Below, in pieces: positions 1 through 9,449 of a stretch of 16,430 nt of DNA (positions are counted from its first letter, which is position 1; each line of letters opens with the position of its first letter). Origin of the DNA: Octopus sinensis (taxonomy: Eukaryota); the NCBI RefSeq assembly GCF_006345805.1, contig NW_021825140.1, positions 1 to 16,430 on the forward strand, in the 5' to 3' direction. A program made the translations under genes and the position numbers. A model generated the notes under the pieces. The model saw nothing but the letters and a program-made list of their open reading frames with translations, had not been told where the DNA came from and ran no database searches.

Positions 1-19
1 TAATATATATAAATAATAT

Positions 20-210
20 TTCTGTGTTTTTTTTTTCTCTGTGTATCTTTCTGTTTGAGAGCGTAGGCTCGAAACGTTAAAGACTTGTTTCATTATATTT
101 CCTGAGCGCCATACTAATACAATTGTTTGTCTGTACTCCACCTGCCTTCGTCTTTTGTTTATTTCCGTAAACTGCCTTCGTCTTTTTGTCTATTTTCATA
201 ATAAAGCTTA
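20..210 (+). mobile_element. Dispersed repeat carrying a hammerhead-like motif, copy 1 (possibly Penelope-like or retrozyme-like terminus)
   Basis: Shares GAGCGTAGGCTCGAAACGT(T/A)AAAGACTT...CCYGAGCG...ACTAAT...TTTG...CACCTGYCTTCGTC with the reverse complement of 13060-13230. Local duplication of CTGCCTTCGTCTTTT at 142 and 172. Followed by (TA)n. Confidence 0.7.
46..83 (+). ncRNA. Variant minimal type I hammerhead-like motif (activity unknown)
   Basis: Stem I TCTTT(46-50)/AAAGA(79-83); CTGTTTGA in place of CUGANGA(+A); stem II GAGC-GTAG-GCTC; GAAA; palindromic ACGT as stem III; N17=U. The core deviates from consensus. Confidence 0.4.
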
Positions 211-223
211 CCGTTATAATATA

Positions 224-226
<3 letters not shown>

Positions 227-268
<42 letters not shown>

Positions 269-304
269 ATATAGAAGAGAGAGAGAGAAGAGAGAGAGAG
301 AGAG
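227..304. repeat. (TA)n then (GA)n microsatellite
   Basis: Directly visible. Confidence 0.98.
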
Positions 305-682
305 AAATAATAAAAAGTGAAAAAACTACAGAAGCTTGTTTTAAAAAATTTTTCACTTTTTACTATTTTCTATATATTCAACCACGTGCTTTCACAAACC
401 AACTTTCTCACCTATATATAATATATGTATATATATATATATACACACATACATACAACATAATTGATGTAAATCAATTGTTGTTCATCAGTACTTCTCC
501 ATTTTCTGTTTGCTTTAAATTTTAACTCTTGATAAACTAATGTCTTTACCTCTGCCTTATGATAAACTCATGTTTATCTTTGTCTTTACCTATACCTTAT
601 GATCGTAATATGTTTGCATATGTATGTCCATGGTTAAATATAGATAATATACCGGTAGTGTAATGGATACTTCTATCCCTTA

Positions 683-1155
683 GACATTCAGCACCTGGAA
701 CGGTTTCAGCACTTAGCCACCCGAATGGTCGCGGGCTTGTCTAAGCTTGCGTATGAGGAACGTCTCCAACGGCTGGCATTAAATTCACTCGAACGACGGA
801 GGATGCAGGGAGATCTCATCCTGGCTTTCAACATCTTTAACTGGAATGTAAACCTAGCATTTGCGGAAGTTTTAACTCCTGCGCCTGATAGGGGTCTTCG
901 TGGGCATGATCGCAAACTCTATCACCGACACTTTCGACTCAACAGGCGGAAGGCCGCATTCTCCGTCCGTATCGCATCCCCGTGGAACAAGCTACCACAA
1001 GATGTAATTCAACTGCCCATCAGTCCCCTCTTCGAAGAGGCTCCGGAGAACTGTGGCGACTGTGTAAAAAACTGTATATAACAATAACTGTTTTCTTTTT
1101 TACATGGCTTAAGCACATTGAGCTCTTCTTCTTCCAATAAATTTGATTTGATTTT
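683..1155 (+). mobile_element. 5'-truncated CR1/L2-group LINE, 3' end of ORF2 plus 3' UTR
   Basis: Translation DIQHLERFQHLATRMVAGLSKLAYEERLQRLALNSLERRRMQGDLI...RGHDRKL...FSVRIASPWNKLP is the typical CR1-group ORF2 C-terminus. Ends in AATAAA plus a (TTTGA)n tail. Confidence 0.9.
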
Positions 1156-1175
1156 AACCCCTAACTCAACTAACC

Positions 1176-1218
<43 letters not shown>

Positions 1219-1400
1219 TATATATAATGTTGTATATGTATGTATGTATATGTATGTATGTATGTATGTATTATGTATGTATGTATGGTACTACATGTAA
1301 TGCATATAGATAGATACCTAAACAGTTACGTAGATAGACAAATAGATCGACCACTAAACAGACACACAGACAGACAAATAAACAGATAGAGAGATCCAAA
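1176..1400. repeat. (TA)n, (TATG)n and (AGAT/AGAC)n simple repeats
   Basis: Directly visible. Confidence 0.95.
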
Positions 1401-1694
1401 GAATGGCACCTAACAGAATAAGAATCTAAGACTTACTGAAATGTTTAACAAAAGATTGATAAAAATGACATCGGAATTCGCCCTAAAACGAAAATAAAGA
1501 CAAACTTATTTTTTGGGAAAAAGTGATTCTAATGAAAGAGAAACAAATGAAAATGGAATGAAGATAGAGGTAGAAATGAATAAAAAAGGGGGGGGGAGGA
1601 TTAAAGGTATGAAGGATATGGAAATCAAAAGAAAGGTAAGAACTACAAGAAAGTAAATGAAGAATTTGTAGAGAAATATATGTGAAGGTGGGGG

Positions 1695-1829
1695 AAGAGG
1701 AGGAGGAGGAGAAGAAGAAGAAGAAGAAGAAGAAGAAGAAGAAGAAAGCTGTAGTGATGGGAAGACTAAAAAAAAACGTTTTTAATATAAATGGAATATG
1801 CACAGACACACATATGCACAAAGACACAC

Positions 1830-1860
<31 letters not shown>
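1695..1860. repeat. (GAG)n(GAA)n and (CA)n microsatellites
   Basis: Directly visible; source of the poly-E/poly-K and poly-F ORFs. Confidence 0.95.
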
Positions 1861-1861
<1 letters not shown>

Positions 1862-2100
1862 AAACCTGAATCTACATCAGTTTTTAAGACAAATATCTTC
1901 AGATTGGTTCGAATGGCATCATTGAGTATGAGAAAGAAAAGGTCAGGCGGATCGATGAACGTTGAAATGGCGGGTAAAAAAATCGACAAAACGTTTTAAC
2001 TGAAACATTTCCAGTCGGTTTTCACCATCGTCTCCAGAGATTCGCTCTTCAGGCACCTGCGACTCACCGGTCTTATTGTGTGAGCATGTATGCGCGCGCA

Positions 2101-2121
2101 TGCGTGTGTGTGTGTGTGTGT

Positions 2122-2158
<37 letters not shown>

Positions 2159-2311
2159 AATGTGTATTATGTAAGCATGCGTATAATATGTGTACGCGTA
2201 TATGGGTATACCTTGAATTTTGGTTCGTTATTTATAAGACTGTAGGATTTGTTGTTGTTGTTGTTGGTGGTATCATCGTCGTCGTCGTCATTATCATCAT
2301 CATCATCATCA

Positions 2312-2355
<44 letters not shown>
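2101..2355. repeat. (TG)n plus compound (GTT)(GTC)(ATC)(ATT)n microsatellite
   Basis: Directly visible. Confidence 0.97.
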
Positions 2356-2937
2356 TGGAACGGGACGAAGCAGACTATTATTAAAATGTAACGACTAAAT
2401 AAAATGAAATACAAACTAGTTCCTGAAGCCCACCCTGCGTATCCCCACTGCACTTACTATATCTCATTATAAACATATCAATCAAAGAATTCTTAGTTAT
2501 TCTTCGAGGAACAATTTCCGAAGACTCCCCATCCCGGCGCCGTTACCATTTCTACATTAACATTTCAACCAAAACATTATTAGTAATTCTTTGATTTCAA
2601 TTCCGTTTTCCCCTCCACCTTTTCTATCTCCATTCAACTTAGATATACCAAGCATCGGTTTTCTTGTTGCTACCGTTTTTCTTTCCCATTCTTTTCCGTT
2701 TTTTTAAAATATTTTATTTATTTATTTTTTTTATATTTCTGCTGTGCAATAGTGTGCAGCAGCTGCTACGATGTTTCAAAAGACAGCTAGTTCTGCTCAC
2801 TGCATGTTCTCGGAAACCATAAGATGGTACAGATGACCTCAGATTCTTTTTTACATTTCATACACAGTCGGATGGTTGGTGGGTCTGACTGCTGTGGGGT
2901 GGGGTGGATGGGAACATTGTAGAGGATGTGGCATTCA

Positions 2938-2971
2938 GTCACGTGATAAGGTTGTACTGCTGGTGACGTCA
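2938..2971. promoter_or_regulatory. E-box (GTCACGTG) and full palindromic CRE (TGACGTCA) pair
   Basis: CACGTG at 2940-2945 and TGACGTCA at 2964-2971 in apparently unique sequence. Motif match only. Confidence 0.3.
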
Positions 2972-3257
2972 GAAGACACAGACATAGTTGCAGAAGAGAT
3001 TTGAAAACAAGAAGCCAAGCTCAAAGATGGACGTCAGAATCGTTAAGGTTTTGTTTTATACTTTACTGAAATAATTTAAAGAACAAGACAACTTTTCTTG
3101 GTCTCGTTTGTGTTTAGATGAGTGACCGCGGAGACTGTGTCCGTGTTCATGACCCTAATGTGTCTTGTTTGTTTAAGAGGTGGTCACCGTGTCCAGAGCC
3201 TTACGTGGTCTCACTTGTCCGAGACACAGTGAGAGAAGGACTACTTGATATTTTATA

Positions 3258-3393
3258 TGAGTTTCTGAAGGCTGCCATTCATATGATTTGGGCCGATCCA
3301 AGGCTGTGGTAAAAGAGACTTGCCCAAGATGACGCACAAACGGATCGAACCTAGGGACCTTGAGGTTGCCGAACGAATTGCTTAGCCAGGAGC
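3258..3393 (-). mobile_element. Degenerate tRNA-derived SINE, family B (CORE-like), 5' part
   Basis: GACTTGCCCAAG...GATCGAACC...GGTTG is the reverse complement of the B-box and CTTGGGCAAGT segment of the copy at 11592-12031. Confidence 0.75.
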
Positions 3394-3433
3394 AAAATGA
3401 GAGAAACATAACTGGCTGCATCACTTACTCTTT

Positions 3434-4030
3434 CTACACACACACAAAACACACACGCACACACACGCCACACGCACACGCACACACGAACACGCACACA
3501 TAGACACACACATACACAGAGGCACACACATAGACACATACGCAGGCACACACACCCACGCACACATAGACACAGACACACACAGAGACACACATAGACA
3601 CGCACACACACGCACATAGACACAGACACACACATACACAGACGCACACACATAGACACATACGCAGGCACACACACCCACGCACACATAGACACAGACA
3701 CACACAGACACACACATAGACACACACACACGTACATAGACATACACAGACATACACACACAGACGCACACACATAGATACACACACACACAAACGCACA
3801 TAGACATACACAGACATACACACACACAGACGCACAGACATAGACACACACACACAGACATACACAAACACACACGCGCGCACATAGACACATACACACA
3901 TACAGAGACGCATACACATAGACATACACAGACACAGATATAGACACACACACACACAGACGCTAACAGACACAGATGCACAGACATAGACACACACATA
4001 GACACACACACACACGTACGCGCATGCACT
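3434..4030. repeat. Complex CA-rich cryptic tandem repeat with an internal 122 bp duplication
   Basis: CACA/GACA/CATA units; CGCAGGCACACACACCCACGCACACATAGACACAGACACACACAGA at 3541 and 3663. Source of the C/V-rich ORFs. Confidence 0.95.
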
Positions 4031-4356
4031 CCTGTACATACGAAACAAGAAATAACCTAAAATGGCCAGTAGTTTGAATTTGATCAACAAAGATAAAGAA
4101 AGATATATTAAATACGATACAACATTAATTCTTGCTTCATAAAAATTATTTTGACGTTAAGAAAAGGTGAACAAAGCTGTAAGTCAGGAGTGGCTGACTC
4201 CGAATAAGAAGAAGGAAGAGATAATCTTATATATAGTGACGTAGATAAACAAAGAGATTATATATCTCTCTCTCTCTCTCTCTATCTCTCTAGATTTACA
4301 TGTATAAGCATTTGTTTATATAACTCTTATTCAGGGACCTCTTGAGCGGGATGGTT

Positions 4357-4357
4357 C

Positions 4358-4398
<41 letters not shown>

Positions 4399-4428
4399 TA
4401 TTATTATTATGATGATGATGATGATGAT
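4357..4428. repeat. (ATT)n(ATG)n microsatellite
   Basis: Directly visible. Confidence 0.97.
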
Positions 4429-4430
4429 AG

Positions 4431-4583
4431 ACCAGTCGATTAGTACGCAGCTAGTACTTAATTTATCGACTCCAAAAGGATGAAAAGCAAAGTCGACCTC
4501 GGCGGAATTTGAACTCAGAACGTAAAGACAGACCGCTAAGCATTTCGTCCGGCGTGCTAACGTTTCTGCCATCTCACTGCCTT
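4431..4583 (-). mobile_element. tRNA-derived SINE, family A
   Basis: Reverse complement AAGGCAGTGAGATGGCAGAAACGTTAG...GAGTTCAAATTCCGCCGAGGTCGACTTTGC matches the copies at 10757-11385. A and B boxes present. Confidence 0.9.
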
Positions 4584-4610
4584 AATAATAATAATAATAA
4601 TAATAATAAT

Positions 4611-5113
4611 TGCAACAAGTCTGGACAGAGCAAAAAAGTGGTAAGAGGGCATCATCGAAAATGATAATGCAAAGATCCTATGGGATTTTATGATTCAATG
4701 CGACCATGAGATAGAGAATAGGAAACCAGACATAGTGCTAATTGAGAAAGAAAGCAAACTATGCTGGTCATAGACATAGCATGCCCAGCTGACAACAAGG
4801 TATGCGATAAGAAAGAAAGAAAAGTCGAGAGATATTACAGGTTAGCTTGGGAGGTGAAGCAGTTGTGATCGATGGAAAAGATAGCAGTGGTACCAATAAT
4901 TGTCGGAGCTCTGGGAACAGTGAGCAAAAATCTCGTGAAGTACATGGAACAAATAGGGGCTGCAATAAGGGTGGAACACTTGCAGAAAACAGCACTGCTT
5001 GGAACCACCCGAATACTCCGGAAGGTGCTCGAAAAATAAGGGGTGTTACCTTAGTTCACTGGTAGTGAACAGCTGACACTATAGTACATCTACAACGATA
5101 GATGTGCAAAGAC
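4611..5113 (+). mobile_element. 5'-truncated R4/Dong-clade non-LTR retrotransposon (restriction-like endonuclease domain plus 3' UTR), pseudogenised
   Basis: ENDNAKILWDFMIQCDHEIENRKPDIVLIEKESKLCW/IDIACP...KVERY...VVPIIVGALGTV...LQKTALLGTTRILRKVLEK* (stop 5037-5039) is a PD-(D/E)XK RLE. One frameshift and premature stops. (TAA)n on both sides. Confidence 0.9.
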
Positions 5114-5181
5114 AATAATAATAATAATAATAATATAATAATAATAATAATATAATAATAATAATAATTTTTTTTTATTAT

Positions 5182-5345
5182 AGGCAGAGGGCCTGAGATT
5201 TTGGGGGAGGACAATAATCGATTACATCGACCCCCAGTACTCGAATTGTATTTATTTTGTAAACCCTCAAAATATGTAAGGCATATTTTCAATTTAAAAC
5301 AGCCGGAACAAATACCGCATGGTATTCTGTCCGGCACACTATTGA
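5182..5345 (-). mobile_element. Old degenerate SINE, family A
   Basis: AATCGATTACATCGACCCCCAGTACTCG and GGCCTGAGATTTTGGGGGAGG match the reverse complement of the family A 3' half. Confidence 0.7.
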
Positions 5346-5410
5346 TTTTATTAGTTCTAATGCCGATTGGGAAGGACTTCCTCTTCTCGACCTCAAATAT
5401 TGCATATGTT

Positions 5411-5473
5411 TTTATTTTATCAACCTTGAAGCGATGAAAGTGAAAGTAAATTCATCCAGGAATTGAACTTAGA
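5411..5473 (-). mobile_element. Short SINE family A fragment
   Basis: TTATTTTATCAACC...GATGAAAG...GGAATTGAACTTAGA resembles the family A reverse complement. Short and diverged. Confidence 0.45.
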
Positions 5474-5659
5474 TTTGAGCGAAAAGTTTAGAGAGCGGAG
5501 ACCGTTGTAAACAAGAAAAGTTTTGAACAGATTTGAATTATGTGATGGCGGGAAACTAGAAAATGGCCGTTAAACATGGAGAAGGTTGGGCAGTGGGGCA
5601 CGTGTGGGGCATAGAACTGCTGTTGAAATACTGTGTTATGATGGGTTGTTTGGTGCATA

Positions 5660-5793
5660 GGAGAGAAAGAGAGAGAGAGGGGTGAAAAATGTGAGAGTGG
5701 GAGAAAGAGAGAGAGAGGTGTAAATGAGAGAGAAGGAGAAAGAAAAAGAGAGAGAGAGGAGGGTGAGAAAGAGAGAGGTATAAAAATTGGTGA

Positions 5794-5832
<39 letters not shown>

Positions 5833-5981
5833 AAGACAAGCGGAAAGAAGAGAGCAGACGAAGCAAGAAAGACAGAAAGAGAGAGAAAGAAATAGAAAAT
5901 ACAAATGAGAAGGAAAAGTGAAGTCGAAACGAAGAAGTTGAAACGAAGAAGAAGAAGAAGAAGAAGAAGAAGAAGAAGAAG

Positions 5982-6012
<31 letters not shown>

Positions 6013-6053
6013 GAGAAGAAGAACAACAACAATAACAACAACAACAACAACAA
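5660..6053. repeat. Purine-rich tract: (GA)n, pure (GAA)22 at 5945-6010, then (AAC)n
   Basis: Directly visible; source of the poly-R/poly-L ORFs. Confidence 0.97.
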
Positions 6054-6706
6054 AACTAAGAAAGAGGAAGTGCTAGAACATGACGAGTGGTGTTTTTGTG
6101 TGGCCCTGCGTCAAGCGCACGTGCTGAGTGTTCGAGGCACGTGTCCTATGAAAAGGTGAGAGTGAGGCGAAGTCGTTGGCAGCGTCAGTTTGACTGCTTC
6201 TGTTTTGGGTGTAAACAATATTTTAATATGTTATCCCAGCAGCAACAGCAAAATTCGGGGGTGGTGGGAAATTTAATAAAATAGGGAATCAAAGAAATAA
6301 AGAGAATTAAGGACATTTTGAGGGGTGAAAGGGGAGGAAAGGAAAGGCTAAGTGCGTAAGAAAAAAAAAATGGTAGCTGATAGGAAGAAAGTGATTGGCT
6401 TGTTATATTGGCATGAAGTGGGATGGTTGTTTTATTGGAAAATAGATATAAAAAAGCTATGGGTATGCATTTACCTGTTGTATTGGTGGTGTCATTGAAA
6501 ATATAACGGTTAAGTACGATTTGAAACCTCACGTGTCGGGTTTGTTTGATAGTAATATAAGCAAGGCGATCGATTGTTAGAATCGGTAGCTCTTTTAACT
6601 CATGGCTCAATTTAAATTAAACTTTCTATCGCCCTTCCATCCCTTGGAGTTATTAGCAGTTGTGGAGTAAAAAAAAAAATAGAAAGAAAAAAGAAACATC
6701 ACTATA

Positions 6707-6881
6707 GACACAGATGTAGATGAATGGTTGAGAATCTTGCTTCCCAGCCATATGGATTCGGGTTCAGTTCCCCTGCGGGGATCTTTGAGAAGGTGTCTTA
6801 TGCTATAGTTTTGGGCCGATCAATACCTTGTGAATAGATATGGCAGGCGGAAACAGGAATAAATCCATCGTATATATATAG

Positions 6882-6914
<33 letters not shown>
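6707..6914 (+). mobile_element. Degenerate SINE family B, 5' half up to its internal (TA)n, interrupted by the mariner
   Basis: CTTGCTTCCCAGCCATATGG...GGGTTCAGTTCCCCTGCG...GGGCCGATCAA...GGAAAC...CCATCGTATATA is colinear with 11592-11770. Confidence 0.8.
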
Positions 6915-6917
<3 letters not shown>

Positions 6918-7714
6918 GGTGTAAGGACCGTCGTCTAAATTACACAAAAGTGAAAATAACACTGACATCTCATATTAGCAGAAATATTTACCAAAATTAC
7001 ATAAAAATATCCTGAAATACTAAAGAGTAAATGTATTCAATAAAATCGCCATTGGCTTCAACCATGGCCTCCAGACAACTTTGGAATCTTCTGCAATTCC
7101 TCTCCTTGTTTAAGTTGGGGAATACTGCCATAATTATTGCCTTCAGTTCGTCTTTGATGCTACCAGGAGTATTGTTGGTCTCTCGCTCAACTGCGCCATA
7201 CACATAATAATCAAGGGGGTTGCAGTCTGGGGAGTTAGGTGGCCAGATGTTAGGGGTAATGTGATCGCAGAAATTGTCTGACAGTCATGACTGGGTTCTC
7301 CTGCTTGTGTAGCATAGTGCAGAGTCCTGTTGCCAGATATAGGGTCTTCCAGCAGCCACCCTCTTGACCCAGAGGCAGCACTACCTCCTCCAGGTACTCT
7401 GTGTTGAGTCTAAGGCGGTGTAGGAAGATGAATGGAGGCATAACGTCGCCATCACTACTGATCACTCCAAACACCATGATGTTGACTGGATGTTTGATAT
7501 TTATCACACTCGTATTGGAACTTCAGGAGCGAATGCCAAGCAGTATAGCATGTCGTTTCCAAATTTCTGGCAGAGTGAATAGCGTCTTGATGCTGTTTTT
7601 CTCACAGACGGTGTCTAACTGCACCTTCTATACTGTGTAGGCGATAAAATCAAAAACAAGGTGCACGCACGAAATTAAAAATATAAAATGGCGAAAATCT
7701 ACCATCGCACCTTG
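6915..7714 (-). mobile_element. Internally deleted Tc1/mariner element, DD37D (maT/Bmmar1-type)
   Basis: Minus strand IWQQDSALCYTSRRTQS*LSDNFCDHITPNIWPPNSPDCNPLDYY has 37 residues between the QQD and NPLD aspartates. The N-terminus FTLPEIWKRHAILLGIR joins directly to KHPVNIMVFGV near 7505. Imperfect TIR ends CAGGGTG (6915-6921) and CACCTTG (7708-7714). Confidence 0.9.
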
Positions 7715-8243
7715 TGTGTATGTGTGTGAGTGTGTATATATTTGCGTATGTATGTGCTTGTCTGTATGCATTTTCTCTATCATTGTGAGGGAGCCATTTA
7801 AGATCGATGAGTAGAGTAGAATAAATTTGTGATGCAATATATGGATTCAGAGACTCCTGTGGTAACCACAGAAAGCTCCTCTAGTGGATCTGGCTATCAT
7901 ACAACCTAGTAATCCAATACGATGGAGTTTAATGTAGAATTGTATGCAGCCGAAATCCAGGAGATCCGATCGATGAAATTATTTCATGTCGAGTATATAG
8001 CTAATAAAATGACAGAAGGTATGAGAGGTGTATTACTTTAACCATATCGGTAGGATTACAGCCGTTTTGCAGTGTTCATCATGTAATAATACCTTGAGTG
8101 TATAATAAATTATTTTATATGCCAGCAGCAGTATGCATGCTACACTTTGTACCATTACAAATGAATGCAGATACAGAGGGCTAGCTCATCAGATCAACTG
8201 AACATCGTGGTTGCATCAGTGCTTCAACATAAGTTGTGTGTAA

Positions 8244-8295
<52 letters not shown>

Positions 8296-8359
8296 CGTGT
8301 GTGTGAGTGTATGCGTGTGTGTGTGAGTGTGCGTCCGTGAGTGCGTATGCATGTGTGTC

Positions 8360-8592
8360 TTCTTTTCGTGATGTCACATGCTGGTAGTAAACCAGCATCA
8401 CCATCACACAAGTGATGATGTTCGTTTCCAGCCTTACATATAAAACATGTCTGTCCATGGGGAAATATTACCTTGCTTGGAAACAGATGAGGTTTGGTGT
8501 CAAGATGGACATAGAGCCGTAGAAATTATACCTCAACAAATTCCGTTTGAGTTACTGAAGCATGAAATAAGGAACGTTAAACGATGATGATT
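8360..8592 (+). mobile_element. 3' part of a SINE or LINE 3' UTR with (ATG)n tail
   Basis: CATGGGGAAATATTACCTTGCTTGGAAACAG...GCCGTAGAAA...GCATG...GGAACGTTAAACGATGATGA recalled as a common octopus repeat 3' end. Preceded by a (GA)/(GT) microsatellite like the family B interior. Confidence 0.6.
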
Positions 8593-9310
8593 CTTTCGAA
8601 TCACTGTTTAATGTTTCAAATGTTCAACGTACATAAAACCATTAATCACCAGTGTCAGCAGTACCCCCGGGCCACAAACTGCACCAACTCACAGCACCCC
8701 ATATCAATTCTCAATAGCTGGTGCTTTCCAATTAAATTCGTTTTAGTATCTTTGCAACATTTAAGAATACAGCCCTCCACCCCGCCACTTTGTAATTGTT
8801 TAACAAATTAAGCTTTTGAAATACAACTCCGAGGTGAAAGACATTCACACCTGACAGCAACCAACTGTTCACCAAGCTGTTTACTATTCAGAAATGACAC
8901 CATACTGTGTCTCAAAGTGCAACAAAGCGACAAAAACAATTAGCTTTTGATAGGCATTGCACCTCTCTATACGTCAGTGGGCGTTCATACTTTGCGTGTC
9001 TTTTTGTTATAAATTTACCGAAAAAGACGGTCTTGAAGTGCATTTGATTTGATAAGGTTGACAGCTTCCAATACAATGGTGAGGGCATCGTGCACACGGC
9101 CTCCTGTTTGTTTTGAAATCAAATGCTGAAGGTGGAACAAGCTATGTATGCAAAAACTTTAAACACAGAAATTTCTTTTAATAAGCCACAACCCCGCCCT
9201 CCGCCACCGCTCAATCTCTCTCTACGACGTAAGCAACGCCATCTGTTGCACAAGCCTCTATATTGTTGTGTGCAATATTATTTTTCTTGAAATAAGTCCA
9301 ACTTGTTAGG
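8592..9310 (-). pseudogene. Decayed hAT-superfamily transposase (Charlie/Buster, ZBED5/GTF2IRD2-like)
   Basis: Across frames: YFKKNNIAHNNIEACATDG (catalytic D), FCIHSLFHLQHL (degenerate CxxH), DALTIVLEAVNLIKSNALQDRLFR, ERPLTYREVQCLSKANCFCRFVAL (LLxHTEVRWLSKG-like), FQKLNLLN, YVEHLK. Many stops and frameshifts; no TIRs seen. Confidence 0.85.
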
Positions 9311-9449
9311 GCTGATTGTTGTTCGCTGACAGTACTGATTCCCATATATTTTCTTCACTTTTCTGACCACTATAGTGATGGAATAATTGGCACCAACCCA
9401 ATAATTTTAAGCGGAAGGGTTGATTATCAGTAATTATCAGTAAAATATT

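Noticed and set aside
1440-1505. Possible SINE family A crumb
   Set aside because: Similarity too short and weak to separate from chance.
1483-2453. ORFs with poly-K, poly-E, poly-F, poly-I or poly-M runs
   Set aside because: The runs map exactly onto microsatellites; no domain or credible gene structure.
3118-3312. 64 aa ORF starting after a TTTAG acceptor
   Set aside because: No recognisable family, and its 3' part is antisense SINE sequence.
3351-4090. Three ~200 aa Cys/Val-rich ORFs resembling metallothionein or keratin-associated proteins
   Set aside because: They are (TG)n-type repeat read-through, open in all three frames because the repeat lacks stops.
4431-5168. Family A SINE mobilised by the adjacent Dong element
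   Set aside because: No shared 3' end sequence, and they sit in opposite orientation relative to the TAA tract.
5488-6284. Poly-R, poly-L and SL-repeat ORFs, and the donor-like AAG/GTGAGA near 6150
   Set aside because: Derived from (GA)n and (GAA)n tracts; no matching acceptor or recognisable peptide.
7922-8041. Short ORF MEFNVELYAAEIQEIRSMKLFHVEYIANKMTE with a GAAG/GTATGA donor
   Set aside because: Too short, no homology recognised and no supporting promoter; chance or an unrecognised repeat is as likely.
8472-8554. Minus-strand exon with good TTCAG acceptor and AG/GTAATA donor
   Set aside because: Stops in all three frames, and it lies within a repeat 3' end.
8912-9097. 61 aa ORF as a host gene exon
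   Set aside because: It is a frameshifted part of the hAT transposase fossil.
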